Positions 25,704-35,102 of a stretch of DNA of 64,000 bases are shown one piece after another (position 1 is the stretch's first letter; each line of letters opens with the position of its first letter). The translations under genes were made by a program, and so were the position numbers. The notes under the pieces are model-generated. The model had not been told where the DNA came from, ran no database searches, and saw only the letters and a program-made list of their open reading frames with translations. The stretch spans positions 109,091 through 173,090 of IMG/VR virus record IMGVR_UViG_3300022697_000186; one strand, given 5' to 3'. Source of the DNA: a virus. Its lineage: Duplodnaviria; Heunggongvirae; Uroviricota; Caudoviricetes.

Positions 25704-26693
25704 CTAAAGTTCATATGGACAACTAGCAGGATCTTTATATAATACATCTCTAAATTCTTTAAATTTACTTTCATTTTTCCAAACATCAATTATACTTTTA
25801 TCTTTTATAGAAGTACCACTATTATGTTCACATGCTCTAAAAGAACACGGCATTAATTTCATATCATTTGAAATATATGCACTCATTCTTCCACCTTCAC
25901 AAGTATCCAAAAATGTATTTTCTTTTTCATTTATTCCTGATAATTTAACCATCTTATTAACAAGACATGAATCCATACCAATTTTAAAGTTACACTTCAT
26001 ATCTTTATTTCTAATTTTTTCAAAAAATATTTTTAATTTATCTTCTTCTATAATCCAATCAGAAAGTTTTTCACCTTGTCCTGCAGGTTTAAAAAGTAAA
26101 AATATAACAGCATTTAATTTTTCTAAATTTATTTTATTATTCCATATATCTTTACCATCTATTAAATCTAATATATCATCAATTGATTTAGAAGATAATA
26201 TCATATGTATATTTGTTTTAATACCAGAATTAATAAATTTATTTAATGCCTCAAATGTGTAAGGTTTATTATGCATAGATACTGCAACTGCTCCACAATT
26301 CTTAGTAACTTCAATTTGTTCATCTGATATATCTTTACCTGATGTTGTATAATTAGGTACAATTGTATTTGCTACTGTATATTCGATAATTTCTTTAAAA
26401 TTTTCATGCTGATTAGGATCACCTTTACCACCTAAAGCAACCTGGGTTACATAATCTTTAGATTCATTAATTATTTTTTTATAATTATTTAATTCCATAT
26501 TTGGTTCATTTTTATTACCTTGATAACAAAAACTACATGTATTATGACAATGTCCCATAATTCCTATATCTATTAAACTAGGGTAATCTAAAACATTAGG
26601 ATCAGGATTTCCATTAATACCTGTAAGTATTTCTAAACCTGTTTCTGTATTCATTGCTATTTTATATTTATCATTCTCTACTATTTTAATCAT
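25704..26693 (-). CDS. Radical SAM enzyme with a SPASM/twitch-type C-terminal domain
   Basis: CHNTCSFC (CX3CX2C); ALGGKGDP; C-terminal CEGG..SAYI......PCSF...W...F..FR...CP. Confidence 0.88.
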   Translation of the reverse strand: MIKIVENDKYKIAMNTETGLEILTGINGNPDPNVLDYPSLIDIGIMGHCHNTCSFCYQGNKNEPNMELNNYKKIINESKDYVTQVALGGKGDPNQHENFKEIIEYTVANTIVPNYTTSGKDISDEQIEVTKNCGAVAVSMHNKPYTFEALNKFINSGIKTNIHMILSSKSIDDILDLIDGKDIWNNKINLEKLNAVIFLLFKPAGQGEKLSDWIIEEDKLKIFFEKIRNKDMKCNFKIGMDSCLVNKMVKLSGINEKENTFLDTCEGGRMSAYISNDMKLMPCSFRACEHNSGTSIKDKSIIDVWKNESKFKEFRDVLYKDPASCPYEL

Positions 26694-26859
26694 AATTTTC
26701 CTTTTAAAATTAGGGTCTCAGAAATCACATTATATTTTGTAACATGGGAGGGTTCTAAGGGGATTAAAACTATTCACATTACTATTATTTATAAAGTATC
26801 TTATTAAAGTACTTTAACAATGTTATTCTGAGACCCATTCCTAAAGGGGGTTCAGGAAT

Positions 26860-27267
26860 TTAAAAATCTAAGTTTACTTCTGTATCTTTTAAAAATTTTT
26901 CAGTTCCTAAAGATTTTATCTGGTTTTTAATGTATTTTTCTAACCCAGATTTTTCAACTTTATCATCTAATGAAAATTTACAGATTTTTACATTATCCAT
27001 AGATTCTTTCATTTTAGCGACAAGACATGCTTGTCTAAACATATCTAAAGCCTTTGGTTTATCTTTATCTTTATCATCAGTCTGAGTGTACTTTTTATCA
27101 TCATCAGATATATTTTTTATAACTTCAGACATGGTAAGTTGTCTTTGGTCATCTAAAGCCCGTTTTAAATCATCAGTTTGATATTCAAAAAAGAATTCCA
27201 AAATAGGTTTAGTTTCTATATTTTTAATACCTACCATATAGAAAAATGGGTCTACTGCTATAGTCAT
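26860..27267 (-). CDS. Hypothetical protein, paralog of 6228-6599
   Basis: Shares the (F/Y).GI...M....N/G..ICK......LE.YIK.QI pattern. Confidence 0.65.
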   Translation of the reverse strand: MTIAVDPFFYMVGIKNIETKPILEFFFEYQTDDLKRALDDQRQLTMSEVIKNISDDDKKYTQTDDKDKDKPKALDMFRQACLVAKMKESMDNVKICKFSLDDKVEKSGLEKYIKNQIKSLGTEKFLKDTEVNLDF

Positions 27268-27281
27268 AATTATAATATTCC

Positions 27282-28625
27282 TTATATATGAATTGTTTGA
27301 GTTTTACAATGTTCTAAAGACACTTCTGGATGATCTTTAGTATTTAATACCCATGTAGTTGGTACTTCTTTTATCCACTCGTAATTTTGATAAATTTGTT
27401 CTACATCAGAATAATAATCTGTTAAAAATATAGCAGAACTAATACATGTTTGATCTTGTATTACTTCAATTTTATCAAACAGATCTTTATGGGAAGTACC
27501 GCCTCTTCCCATAATAGATCTTAATTTTTCTAAAATTTCTAATTCTGAACAGTTATTCTCGAACCATAATTCTGTATGTACTACAAAATCATGAACTAGT
27601 ACAACAATTGATTTATAGTAATTTATAGAACTAACTATAACTCCTACGAATTTTTTTAAGTCAGTTGTACTTACTGACCCAGAAGAATCAATTCCTGCAA
27701 TTAGAGTTTGAGTGGTCTGTCCTTCAACGTAACCAGGTAATATATGATTTCTTAAATAAATATTACGAGTAGTCCAAGAAGGATCGTCATATGATTGAGA
27801 ATGGAAAAGTATAGCGGAAGCTAATACTTCATCCCATGGTAATTTAACATCTAATACTTCATCCAGATATTCTACTAATTCTGCAGGTAAATTACCTTTA
27901 GATGTTTGGTTAGATTCCCATAAAGCTTTAGCAGTATTAGCTAATTCTTTGCAACGTTTCTCAACATCTTTTGGATTTTGTCCAGGTTTCTTTTGGATTT
28001 CCGTATCGTGACCAGTCTTCTGAGTTTTACCGGTTTTATTATTTTTAACAATAATTACTTTACGTTGTTGTCCATTTCCTGACCCATCGCCTCCTCCAGG
28101 TTGTCCTTCGGCTCCATCTCCTTCACTTATAACTTCTACAGATATTTTATAATCCTTTTTATTTTTATCTAGAATTTCATAAACATCTTCACAAGTAATA
28201 TCAGGGAATTCTTTATGTATATCTTCGAAGAAAACACAATCTTTAGGAGCCTTTACATAACGACCTCTAGAGTTAGCCATAGATTTCCAAACTCTATTTA
28301 CAACATGATCACATGCTATATTCCATCTAAGAGGATCTCTAGTACCTCTTCTTGTTAAGTGGTTAGAAATAATATGAGTAATCTCATGTCCTAATATAAA
28401 TATTATTTCACCGGCACTTATATCTGGTCTAACCACGAAAGTTATTTTTTTACCATCAGTATACCCAAGAGAAGGTATACCTGTTCTTGCTAAGGCAGTT
28501 TCTTCAGTAACGACTTCTTTTTCCATCCCATAACTTAATATACCGAAATATAAAAGTTCTGGTTTGTTAATAAAAATTACGTTAGCTTCAGAAAGAGCCT
28601 TATTAAACTTTTCTTCTATACTCAT
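27282..28625 (-). CDS. Metallopeptidase-like/vWA protein (DUF2201-like), partner of the MoxR ATPase
   Basis: LGHEITH and WNIACD motifs; MIDAS motif IDSSGSVS; GRGGT; FLTD. Confidence 0.85.
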   Translation of the reverse strand: MSIEEKFNKALSEANVIFINKPELLYFGILSYGMEKEVVTEETALARTGIPSLGYTDGKKITFVVRPDISAGEIIFILGHEITHIISNHLTRRGTRDPLRWNIACDHVVNRVWKSMANSRGRYVKAPKDCVFFEDIHKEFPDITCEDVYEILDKNKKDYKISVEVISEGDGAEGQPGGGDGSGNGQQRKVIIVKNNKTGKTQKTGHDTEIQKKPGQNPKDVEKRCKELANTAKALWESNQTSKGNLPAELVEYLDEVLDVKLPWDEVLASAILFHSQSYDDPSWTTRNIYLRNHILPGYVEGQTTQTLIAGIDSSGSVSTTDLKKFVGVIVSSINYYKSIVVLVHDFVVHTELWFENNCSELEILEKLRSIMGRGGTSHKDLFDKIEVIQDQTCISSAIFLTDYYSDVEQIYQNYEWIKEVPTTWVLNTKDHPEVSLEHCKTQTIHI

Positions 28626-28639
28626 TTGTATACCCCAGT

Positions 28640-29815
28640 TTAATCTCCACCACCTAGTAATGTGGAAGTTTGTTTAAGATTGTTTAACAGTTCCATACTA
28701 AGGATTTTTCTTTTAGTTAAATCCATAAGTATTTTATGATCTCTTGCTGCAACATACCTTAAACTGTTAATACAAAGTTCTGGTAGTTTACCTTTTTGTA
28801 ATGCAGATATGATCTCACCATATATTTCTAATGGTTTTGTATCAGGTTTTTTACTTGACTTTTGTTCTTCATATCTATTATAAAATTCAGATGCCGTTGC
28901 TGCACAAAATGCAAACTGTTCCATAGGCTTAGTAGGAATTTTAAATTTACCAGTATTGAATATTTGTTTAGTATTAACTTTAGAATATACATTATAGTAA
29001 AGATGAAACTTAGAAGCTCCTTCAAATCCTACATGGGCAGCACATAGTGCCATTTTCTCACTTGCATCTAAATTCATTTTAATAGCTTCAACATGCTTTA
29101 GTTTAGTAGAGAAATTAGTCCAACTTCTAGGAGAACACCAAGGATCATTAACATCTTCTTTACCATGGAAGTATTGTCTATGATCTGGAGTTTCTAAAAA
29201 TGAAGCAACTGCAGGATGTACTTCATTTGGTAAAGCAAACTTTTCTAACCAATGAGAAAAATCTGTTTCTACATACATCTTAGCGACACGATTCATTATA
29301 GCAGAAAATTGTGTACGGGCTCCTGCTTGTGCTGTATCATTTCCTGCTAACAAAAACACAATATTACTAGGTACTTTGTTTCCTTTTACAGAATAGTCTG
29401 TAAATAATTCATATCCTAATGCTTGTATTTGAGGTGTAGATAAATGCCAATCGTCTAATAAACAAACTACTGCAGAATAATTTTCTGCTTTCAATCTTAG
29501 TTCACAAATAAGTTCAGGTACTGTCCATTTAGTATGTAATTCTGATACACCACTTTTTAACTTAACTTTATTAATTTCTGGTATGCCACCAAATTCTTCT
29601 ATTTTGGCAAGTCCCATATTTCTAGCAACAAAACCAAAACCATATTTATTAGCATGATTTAATATAGATTTTGTTTTACCACCACCAGGAGGTCCTGATA
29701 AATATGGAGTAGATAGATTTTCTTCTCCATTTAATCTTAAATCAAAATCTAAAAATGCTATTTCTATAGCTCTATGCAATGCCACTCTATCTGCTTGACC
29801 TTTACCACTACTCAT
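28640..29815 (-). CDS. MoxR-like AAA+ ATPase
   Basis: Walker A GPPGGGKT, Walker B CLLDD, LLAGN, NR and SPRSW motifs. Confidence 0.85.
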   Translation of the reverse strand: MSSGKGQADRVALHRAIEIAFLDFDLRLNGEENLSTPYLSGPPGGGKTKSILNHANKYGFGFVARNMGLAKIEEFGGIPEINKVKLKSGVSELHTKWTVPELICELRLKAENYSAVVCLLDDWHLSTPQIQALGYELFTDYSVKGNKVPSNIVFLLAGNDTAQAGARTQFSAIMNRVAKMYVETDFSHWLEKFALPNEVHPAVASFLETPDHRQYFHGKEDVNDPWCSPRSWTNFSTKLKHVEAIKMNLDASEKMALCAAHVGFEGASKFHLYYNVYSKVNTKQIFNTGKFKIPTKPMEQFAFCAATASEFYNRYEEQKSSKKPDTKPLEIYGEIISALQKGKLPELCINSLRYVAARDHKILMDLTKRKILSMELLNNLKQTSTLLGGGD

Positions 29816-29839
29816 AATATATAATCTCCTTGATTATCT

Positions 29840-30565
29840 TTAATTCGATTGATAATGAATTAATAAACTTTCCGCAAAAGGCCATATTAATTCACTCCAG
29901 ATTTGATTTTTATCAATATCATTTATATCGATAAAACTTAATGAAGATTTATTTATTTTTAAATCCCCTTCATTTTTTATAGGAACAAAATACATATCAT
30001 CAGTTTCTCTAGTAAAATATAAAATGTTATTACTTTTTAATATATTTTTTCTAATTGATTCTAATCCTACTAGGACTGATTTTTTTCTTGAGAAATCCAA
30101 ATTTCTAAATAATTTATAGAAATCTGTATTTATTGTTTTATTTCTTATCCCCTTTACTTCTACTACCCCCTCTAATGTTATTGTTAAAAACTTCTTTCTA
30201 TCCACTGAAATAATTAATTTTGATATTACCTCCCTTAAATCTATTGGCATTGTTTGATCTTGTATAGTTAACTTTTTAGTTATAATCAAACCATCCTTTT
30301 GTCTTGATATTATTTCTGTGTCTTTTAAATTATTTAACTTAATATAAAAATCAACTAATCCTTCAGTTGTTGTTGTTAGATAATTTGCTAGCTTAGTATT
30401 TTCTCTTTGCATATATCCTATTTGTATATTTCTAGTTTTTTTGTCCATTTCTTCAATAGAAGTTAAATCCCAATTAATACTCTTTAGTATATTATAATAG
30501 CATGATTTAAAATCATATAAATATAAGTCAGATAAAACTAAATTACAATCTTTTGATATTTGCAT
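29840..30565 (-). CDS. Minimal family-B DNA polymerase-like catalytic domain (241 aa)
   Basis: YDFKSCYYNIL (motif A-like), KKTRNIQIG (motif B-like), RQKDG (motif C-like); no exonuclease domain. Confidence 0.55.
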   Translation of the reverse strand: MQISKDCNLVLSDLYLYDFKSCYYNILKSINWDLTSIEEMDKKTRNIQIGYMQRENTKLANYLTTTTEGLVDFYIKLNNLKDTEIISRQKDGLIITKKLTIQDQTMPIDLREVISKLIISVDRKKFLTITLEGVVEVKGIRNKTINTDFYKLFRNLDFSRKKSVLVGLESIRKNILKSNNILYFTRETDDMYFVPIKNEGDLKINKSSLSFIDINDIDKNQIWSELIWPFAESLLIHYQSN

Positions 30566-30581
30566 ATGTAGACCTAAAAAT

Positions 30582-30620
30582 TGACCTCAATGTAAACATA
30601 AAATGAATACAATGAGGTCA
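30582..30620 (-). terminator. Hairpin / possible terminator between 30628 and 30565
   Basis: TGACCTCA / TGAGGTCA arms with an inner TGTA/TACA pair; T tract on the - strand. Confidence 0.5.
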
Positions 30621-30627
30621 TTAAAAT

Positions 30628-31389
30628 TTATTCAGTACAACTAATTTCTTTATTCAAATTAATTATCTTCTCCATATAAGATGGATCTATTGTTTTACTT
30701 AACATCTTATCCAAATTAAAAAGCATGTAACTTAATGTTGGAGTATTACTCTCTGATTCGACTAATACTTTTTTAAATTTAGCGCCATTATTTTCTATAC
30801 GTATATGCTGATTCTCTGTAAGTGGTTCTTCCAATTTATTAAATGTTACTATATCTTCATTATAACTTACATTATTAATAGGTAATTCAGGATTAGATGA
30901 ATTAGTATAAAAGAAACAACTTCTTTTACTATCAGTTCTTTGAATAGTTTCCCTTTTATAATAACCGTATATCTTTTTTCCAGAACTAAAAGGCATAAAA
31001 CAAAATAATCCTAAATTATTTAAAGTTTGAACCAGTACAATACCTTTTTCATAAAATTTATGTGGAGAGGTATTGTAAATAAAAGTTTTAACATCAAGAG
31101 AACCACCTATATAAGGTACTAGAAAATTTGGATTAACAATCGTCAATTTATTAATCCCACTAGATATATATTCTTTTATTAAAAATTGATCAGAGTGTAT
31201 TTGAAAATCTAACGGTACTACTTCTAATTTGGGAAATCCTCGTTCTTTTAGCTTCTCTAAAAATTGAGGCCATTTTAAATTCTCTACGTTAAAACAAACA
31301 TCTAATTCTTTTAATGCTTCTGTTTCATTAGTTTCTTTATGTTGTTTTCTTTCTTCAAGTTTTTGATTAAGATTTTTACTTGTTGACAA
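30628..31389 (-). CDS. Hypothetical protein (253 aa)
   Basis: ORF with RBS AGGAG. Confidence 0.7.
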   Translation of the reverse strand: MSTSKNLNQKLEERKQHKETNETEALKELDVCFNVENLKWPQFLEKLKERGFPKLEVVPLDFQIHSDQFLIKEYISSGINKLTIVNPNFLVPYIGGSLDVKTFIYNTSPHKFYEKGIVLVQTLNNLGLFCFMPFSSGKKIYGYYKRETIQRTDSKRSCFFYTNSSNPELPINNVSYNEDIVTFNKLEEPLTENQHIRIENNGAKFKKVLVESESNTPTLSYMLFNLDKMLSKTIDPSYMEKIINLNKEISCTE

Positions 31390-31398
31390 TTAATTCTC

Positions 31399-32022
31399 CT
31401 AATAGTTCTTTTTTTGTTGACACAACCTCATAAATTCAGCATTGATAGCTAAGTTATCTAAGAAAGAGCCTCGTATTTCAGATGTAATTGCAGACACTCC
31501 AGGTTCTTGTAAACCTCTAGCAATCATACAATTATGTCTACCTTCAACCCAAACACCAATACCTTCAGGTTTTATTTTATCAATAAAAATATCTGCTAAA
31601 TTTTTAGTAAATGTTTCCTGTAATATTGGCTGAGAACCATAAAGTTTAATAACTCTACCAACTTTAGATAGTCCTATGCATCTATCACTTGGAATATATC
31701 CTATTCTAACAGTATATTCTACATTTTCAAAATGATGAGGACATAGTGAATGAACTGTTACAGGTCCTACTACTATCATTCCTTTATATTCAGAAGGAAA
31801 ACTTTTACCTAATAAGTCCATACAGCGTTCTTTACTATTAATACCTTTACATCTTTCTAGTACTAAGGCCTTAGCATTACGTTTAGCTGTTTCTTTAAAG
31901 TTTTCATCTTCCTTCCAATTTAAACCATGTGCTAAATTTAATGCATTAAAAATCTGTTCCCAGGCACCTTCTACTATGGAAAGTGCCTGTTTAACATTAT
32001 CATCCAAATTATCTAAGTTCAT
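31399..32022 (-). CDS. folE: GTP cyclohydrolase I
   Basis: ETAKR, HSLCPHH, GLSK, LQE and HNCMIARG motifs. Confidence 0.92.
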   Translation of the reverse strand: MNLDNLDDNVKQALSIVEGAWEQIFNALNLAHGLNWKEDENFKETAKRNAKALVLERCKGINSKERCMDLLGKSFPSEYKGMIVVGPVTVHSLCPHHFENVEYTVRIGYIPSDRCIGLSKVGRVIKLYGSQPILQETFTKNLADIFIDKIKPEGIGVWVEGRHNCMIARGLQEPGVSAITSEIRGSFLDNLAINAEFMRLCQQKKNY

Positions 32023-35000
32023 TTAGTCAATTCCTCCGTTTCATTATCAATTACTTCTTCTTGTTCCTGTTCCTTTATAATAGGATTATCAGGATCAACT
32101 AAATTTAAGTTTAAGTTTTTTAAATATGCTTCTAGTAATCTCAATGATTGAGGACGTTTATCTAAGTTATCAGAAATTATAAGTTCTGGATTCTGTAATA
32201 TATCTGCTAGTAATTCATTTTTAAGTCCTGGACTGTCAGATTGTACTGTCAGAAAATCTTTAAGTAAATTCTTTGCACCATGTCCCATAGTTGCCCAAAC
32301 TTCCATTTCTCCTAATCTATGTCCACCCTGTTTAGATTTACCACCTAATGGTTGTAAAGTTTTTTTAGAATAAGGACCAATAGATCTAGCAGACATTTTA
32401 TCTGAAGCTCTGTGAACTAATTTTAAGAAGTATAGATAACCAACAGAAACAGGATTTTCTGATTCAACATTATTAGTAGAGTCAGTTATTGTATATTTAT
32501 AACTAGCTCCAGAAAATTTTATTGCTTTTTCTAATTCCTTAGGACCAATTGATTGGAACATGGGTTGTATTAAATAAAGTTCATCTATGTTGTTATTAGA
32601 AGATTTAAAATCTCCCAATATTTTGTTAGTAATCCAAGACTTATCACTCTTATCTACTATTTTTAAAAATTTAGTTAAATGTGATACTTGTTTAGCTTTA
32701 CTTAATGACTTTAATTTAATTTTTAAATGATATAGACATTCATTTAAATGTAATTCATATAATTGTCCTACATTCATACGAGAAATAATACCTAGTGGAT
32801 TTAAAATAAGATCTAATTTTCTACCATCAGCAAGAGAAGGCATTTCATCATCAGGATAAATTTTAGAAATAACACCTTTATTACCATGTCTATTTGCTAT
32901 TTTATCTCCTATACCTAATGTCTCTCTATAAACTGCTTGCATCTTAATATAAATACCACCAAATTTAGAACCTTTAAATGAATATTTACCTACTCTAGAT
33001 GCACAATCTAATTTTGATAAACCATTAACTATAATAAATTGATCAGCTTGTTCTTTGTTCATGTAAGTACGTAATTTATTATATAATGTTACATACTTAT
33101 CAGTTTGTCTAATAATTAAATGTTCAATAAATTCATTAAATTCAGTAACTCTTTTATTCCAAGAATTAGGATATATTTCTATGTCCGTTATTTCACAATC
33201 AGCAGGAGCATTAAGTTCATATGGTTCAATATTAATAGATTCAAATCCATCTTCACCATCAAGAGATTTAATTTTTGCAAATACATCTCCTTTTTTTAGA
33301 ACATGACCTATAGATGGTATTGGATTATAATCATCATTATTCAAACTAAGTAAAACTTGTCCAGGTTCAATTGTAAAAGTTAAGTCTACACTATGTATTG
33401 ATTCAAACTTTTTAGCCGTAGTTTCATTAAGTACTATACCGTCCTCATAATTATAACCTTTCCAAATAGAAATACCTGTACACAGATTTCTTCCAAATGA
33501 AGTTTCTCCATTATCAAGGCAACAAGACTCAGCTAAAATATCATCTTTCTTAAACTTTTCACCTTCTTTAAACTTAGGTAGGATATAATCAATAGTATTT
33601 AAATGTAAACTTTTCCAATATAATTTAAAAACTTCTGACTTTTTATTATTATATAAAACAATCATAAATTGATTATCTATATGAACAACAACACCAGAAT
33701 CTTTAGCAACATTTAAAAAAGTACTGTGTTCTAAATAACAATCTTCTGCTCCACTCTTAATAATAGGTTTCTCTCCCTCTGTTAAAAGTATAGCTTGTTT
33801 AAGTTGATTAGAAGCCATTTGTAATCTAATAGGATCATCATGTTCTAAAAAAGGAGTAAATGAAATGGGATATGATGTAACTACTTTATCATCAATCTCT
33901 CCAAAATCACCATTTTCTTCAATATTTATTGTTGGTACCATATTTGTAACAACACCACAACCATCTCTATCTGGAGTATCAGCAGTACATAGTCTTCCAA
34001 AATGTGAAGGATCTAAATTTCTTAAGTTAGCAGGAACGTTATCTTTCTTAAAACCACCAGGACCTGTAAGTGAACATTGCATTAATGATGCTATTTCTCC
34101 AACCGGATTAATAGGAAAATTAAAATGTACTATATCACTTACATTACAACTATCAGTTACTATAGTTTGGTTTATTTGAAACTTAACTTTCTTAGAAGAA
34201 TTTAATGTAATTAACATATCATATACTTTGCGCATTAAACTTGCTAAAATATATTCTTCAAATCTTATTCTTTTTAATTTTAAATCTGTATCAGATCTTG
34301 GTGTCTCATAAATTGCGTTTAACAATTCAAATAACATAGACTTAGTTTTACAAAATTCTCTAGAAAAGAAATCAACTTCAAATGCAGATTTTAATGAAAA
34401 TAAAACACTTTTACCTTTTTTAGTTTTATCTATATTTGGGGTTGCAAATATTTTTCCTAAACTTAGTATTCTTTCGTTTTGTGTTGTTTTATCCCATACA
34501 TCATTACATCTTTCTTCTATACCTGCTAACATTAATGATTCATTTGTTCTAGTAGATAAAAAATCTTTAAATTCTTCTTTAGTATGATATGTAGCTACTA
34601 GTAAATCTAAAGGTACAGTTTTATTGAATAAAGAAACTTTATAACCATCATCATTATTTTTATTTAATAAAATGGTTAAGGTAATTATATTATTATGAAA
34701 CTTTAATACTCCAGTTCTATAAATTATTGGATAATCATATATTTGAAATATAGGTACTTTTAAATTACCTCCAATATAAAAAAATTGTTCTTTTATAAGT
34801 TCTGGTATTTGTATATCATATACAAACTCTTTTTCATTTGGATCTTTAATAGTTATTTTAAGTATACTTAAAATATGTCTTTTCAATTCCTCTGACCTTT
34901 TTGTTTTAGCTGGAGGAGTCCAGTGACAATCTACAAATTTCCATCCTTCACAAAGTTCAATATTTTTAAATATTTTAGTTACATGATCTTTAACATTATC

Positions 35001-35060
35001 ATGTGTCCATTCTTTTACACGTTTATTTAATATCGTGTTATTATTAAATCTAGGATCCAT
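32019..35060 (-). CDS. rpoB: Phage multisubunit RNA polymerase, beta subunit
   Basis: SHFGRLC..DTPD, HDD..R.QMASNQ.KQA, GYNYEDGI, GDKIANRHGNKGVIS, SRMNVGQ and ARSIGPY...QP.GG...GG.RLGEME motifs. Confidence 0.96.
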   Translation of the reverse strand: MDPRFNNNTILNKRVKEWTHDNVKDHVTKIFKNIELCEGWKFVDCHWTPPAKTKRSEELKRHILSILKITIKDPNEKEFVYDIQIPELIKEQFFYIGGNLKVPIFQIYDYPIIYRTGVLKFHNNIITLTILLNKNNDDGYKVSLFNKTVPLDLLVATYHTKEEFKDFLSTRTNESLMLAGIEERCNDVWDKTTQNERILSLGKIFATPNIDKTKKGKSVLFSLKSAFEVDFFSREFCKTKSMLFELLNAIYETPRSDTDLKLKRIRFEEYILASLMRKVYDMLITLNSSKKVKFQINQTIVTDSCNVSDIVHFNFPINPVGEIASLMQCSLTGPGGFKKDNVPANLRNLDPSHFGRLCTADTPDRDGCGVVTNMVPTINIEENGDFGEIDDKVVTSYPISFTPFLEHDDPIRLQMASNQLKQAILLTEGEKPIIKSGAEDCYLEHSTFLNVAKDSGVVVHIDNQFMIVLYNNKKSEVFKLYWKSLHLNTIDYILPKFKEGEKFKKDDILAESCCLDNGETSFGRNLCTGISIWKGYNYEDGIVLNETTAKKFESIHSVDLTFTIEPGQVLLSLNNDDYNPIPSIGHVLKKGDVFAKIKSLDGEDGFESINIEPYELNAPADCEITDIEIYPNSWNKRVTEFNEFIEHLIIRQTDKYVTLYNKLRTYMNKEQADQFIIVNGLSKLDCASRVGKYSFKGSKFGGIYIKMQAVYRETLGIGDKIANRHGNKGVISKIYPDDEMPSLADGRKLDLILNPLGIISRMNVGQLYELHLNECLYHLKIKLKSLSKAKQVSHLTKFLKIVDKSDKSWITNKILGDFKSSNNNIDELYLIQPMFQSIGPKELEKAIKFSGASYKYTITDSTNNVESENPVSVGYLYFLKLVHRASDKMSARSIGPYSKKTLQPLGGKSKQGGHRLGEMEVWATMGHGAKNLLKDFLTVQSDSPGLKNELLADILQNPELIISDNLDKRPQSLRLLEAYLKNLNLNLVDPDNPIIKEQEQEEVIDNETEELTK

Positions 35061-35102
35061 TAAGTCCCCTTAATTAAAATTTTTAAAAACTTAAATTTCA
35101 TT

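Noticed and set aside
25704-26693. Radical SAM as the missing QueE
   Set aside because: It has a SPASM/twitch C-terminal extension and lacks the QueE-type N-terminal F.R..GC pattern; its neighbours are not que genes.
28828-29025. Same-strand alternative-frame ORF inside the MoxR gene
   Set aside because: Fully nested in a conserved ATPase gene, with no motif or RBS.
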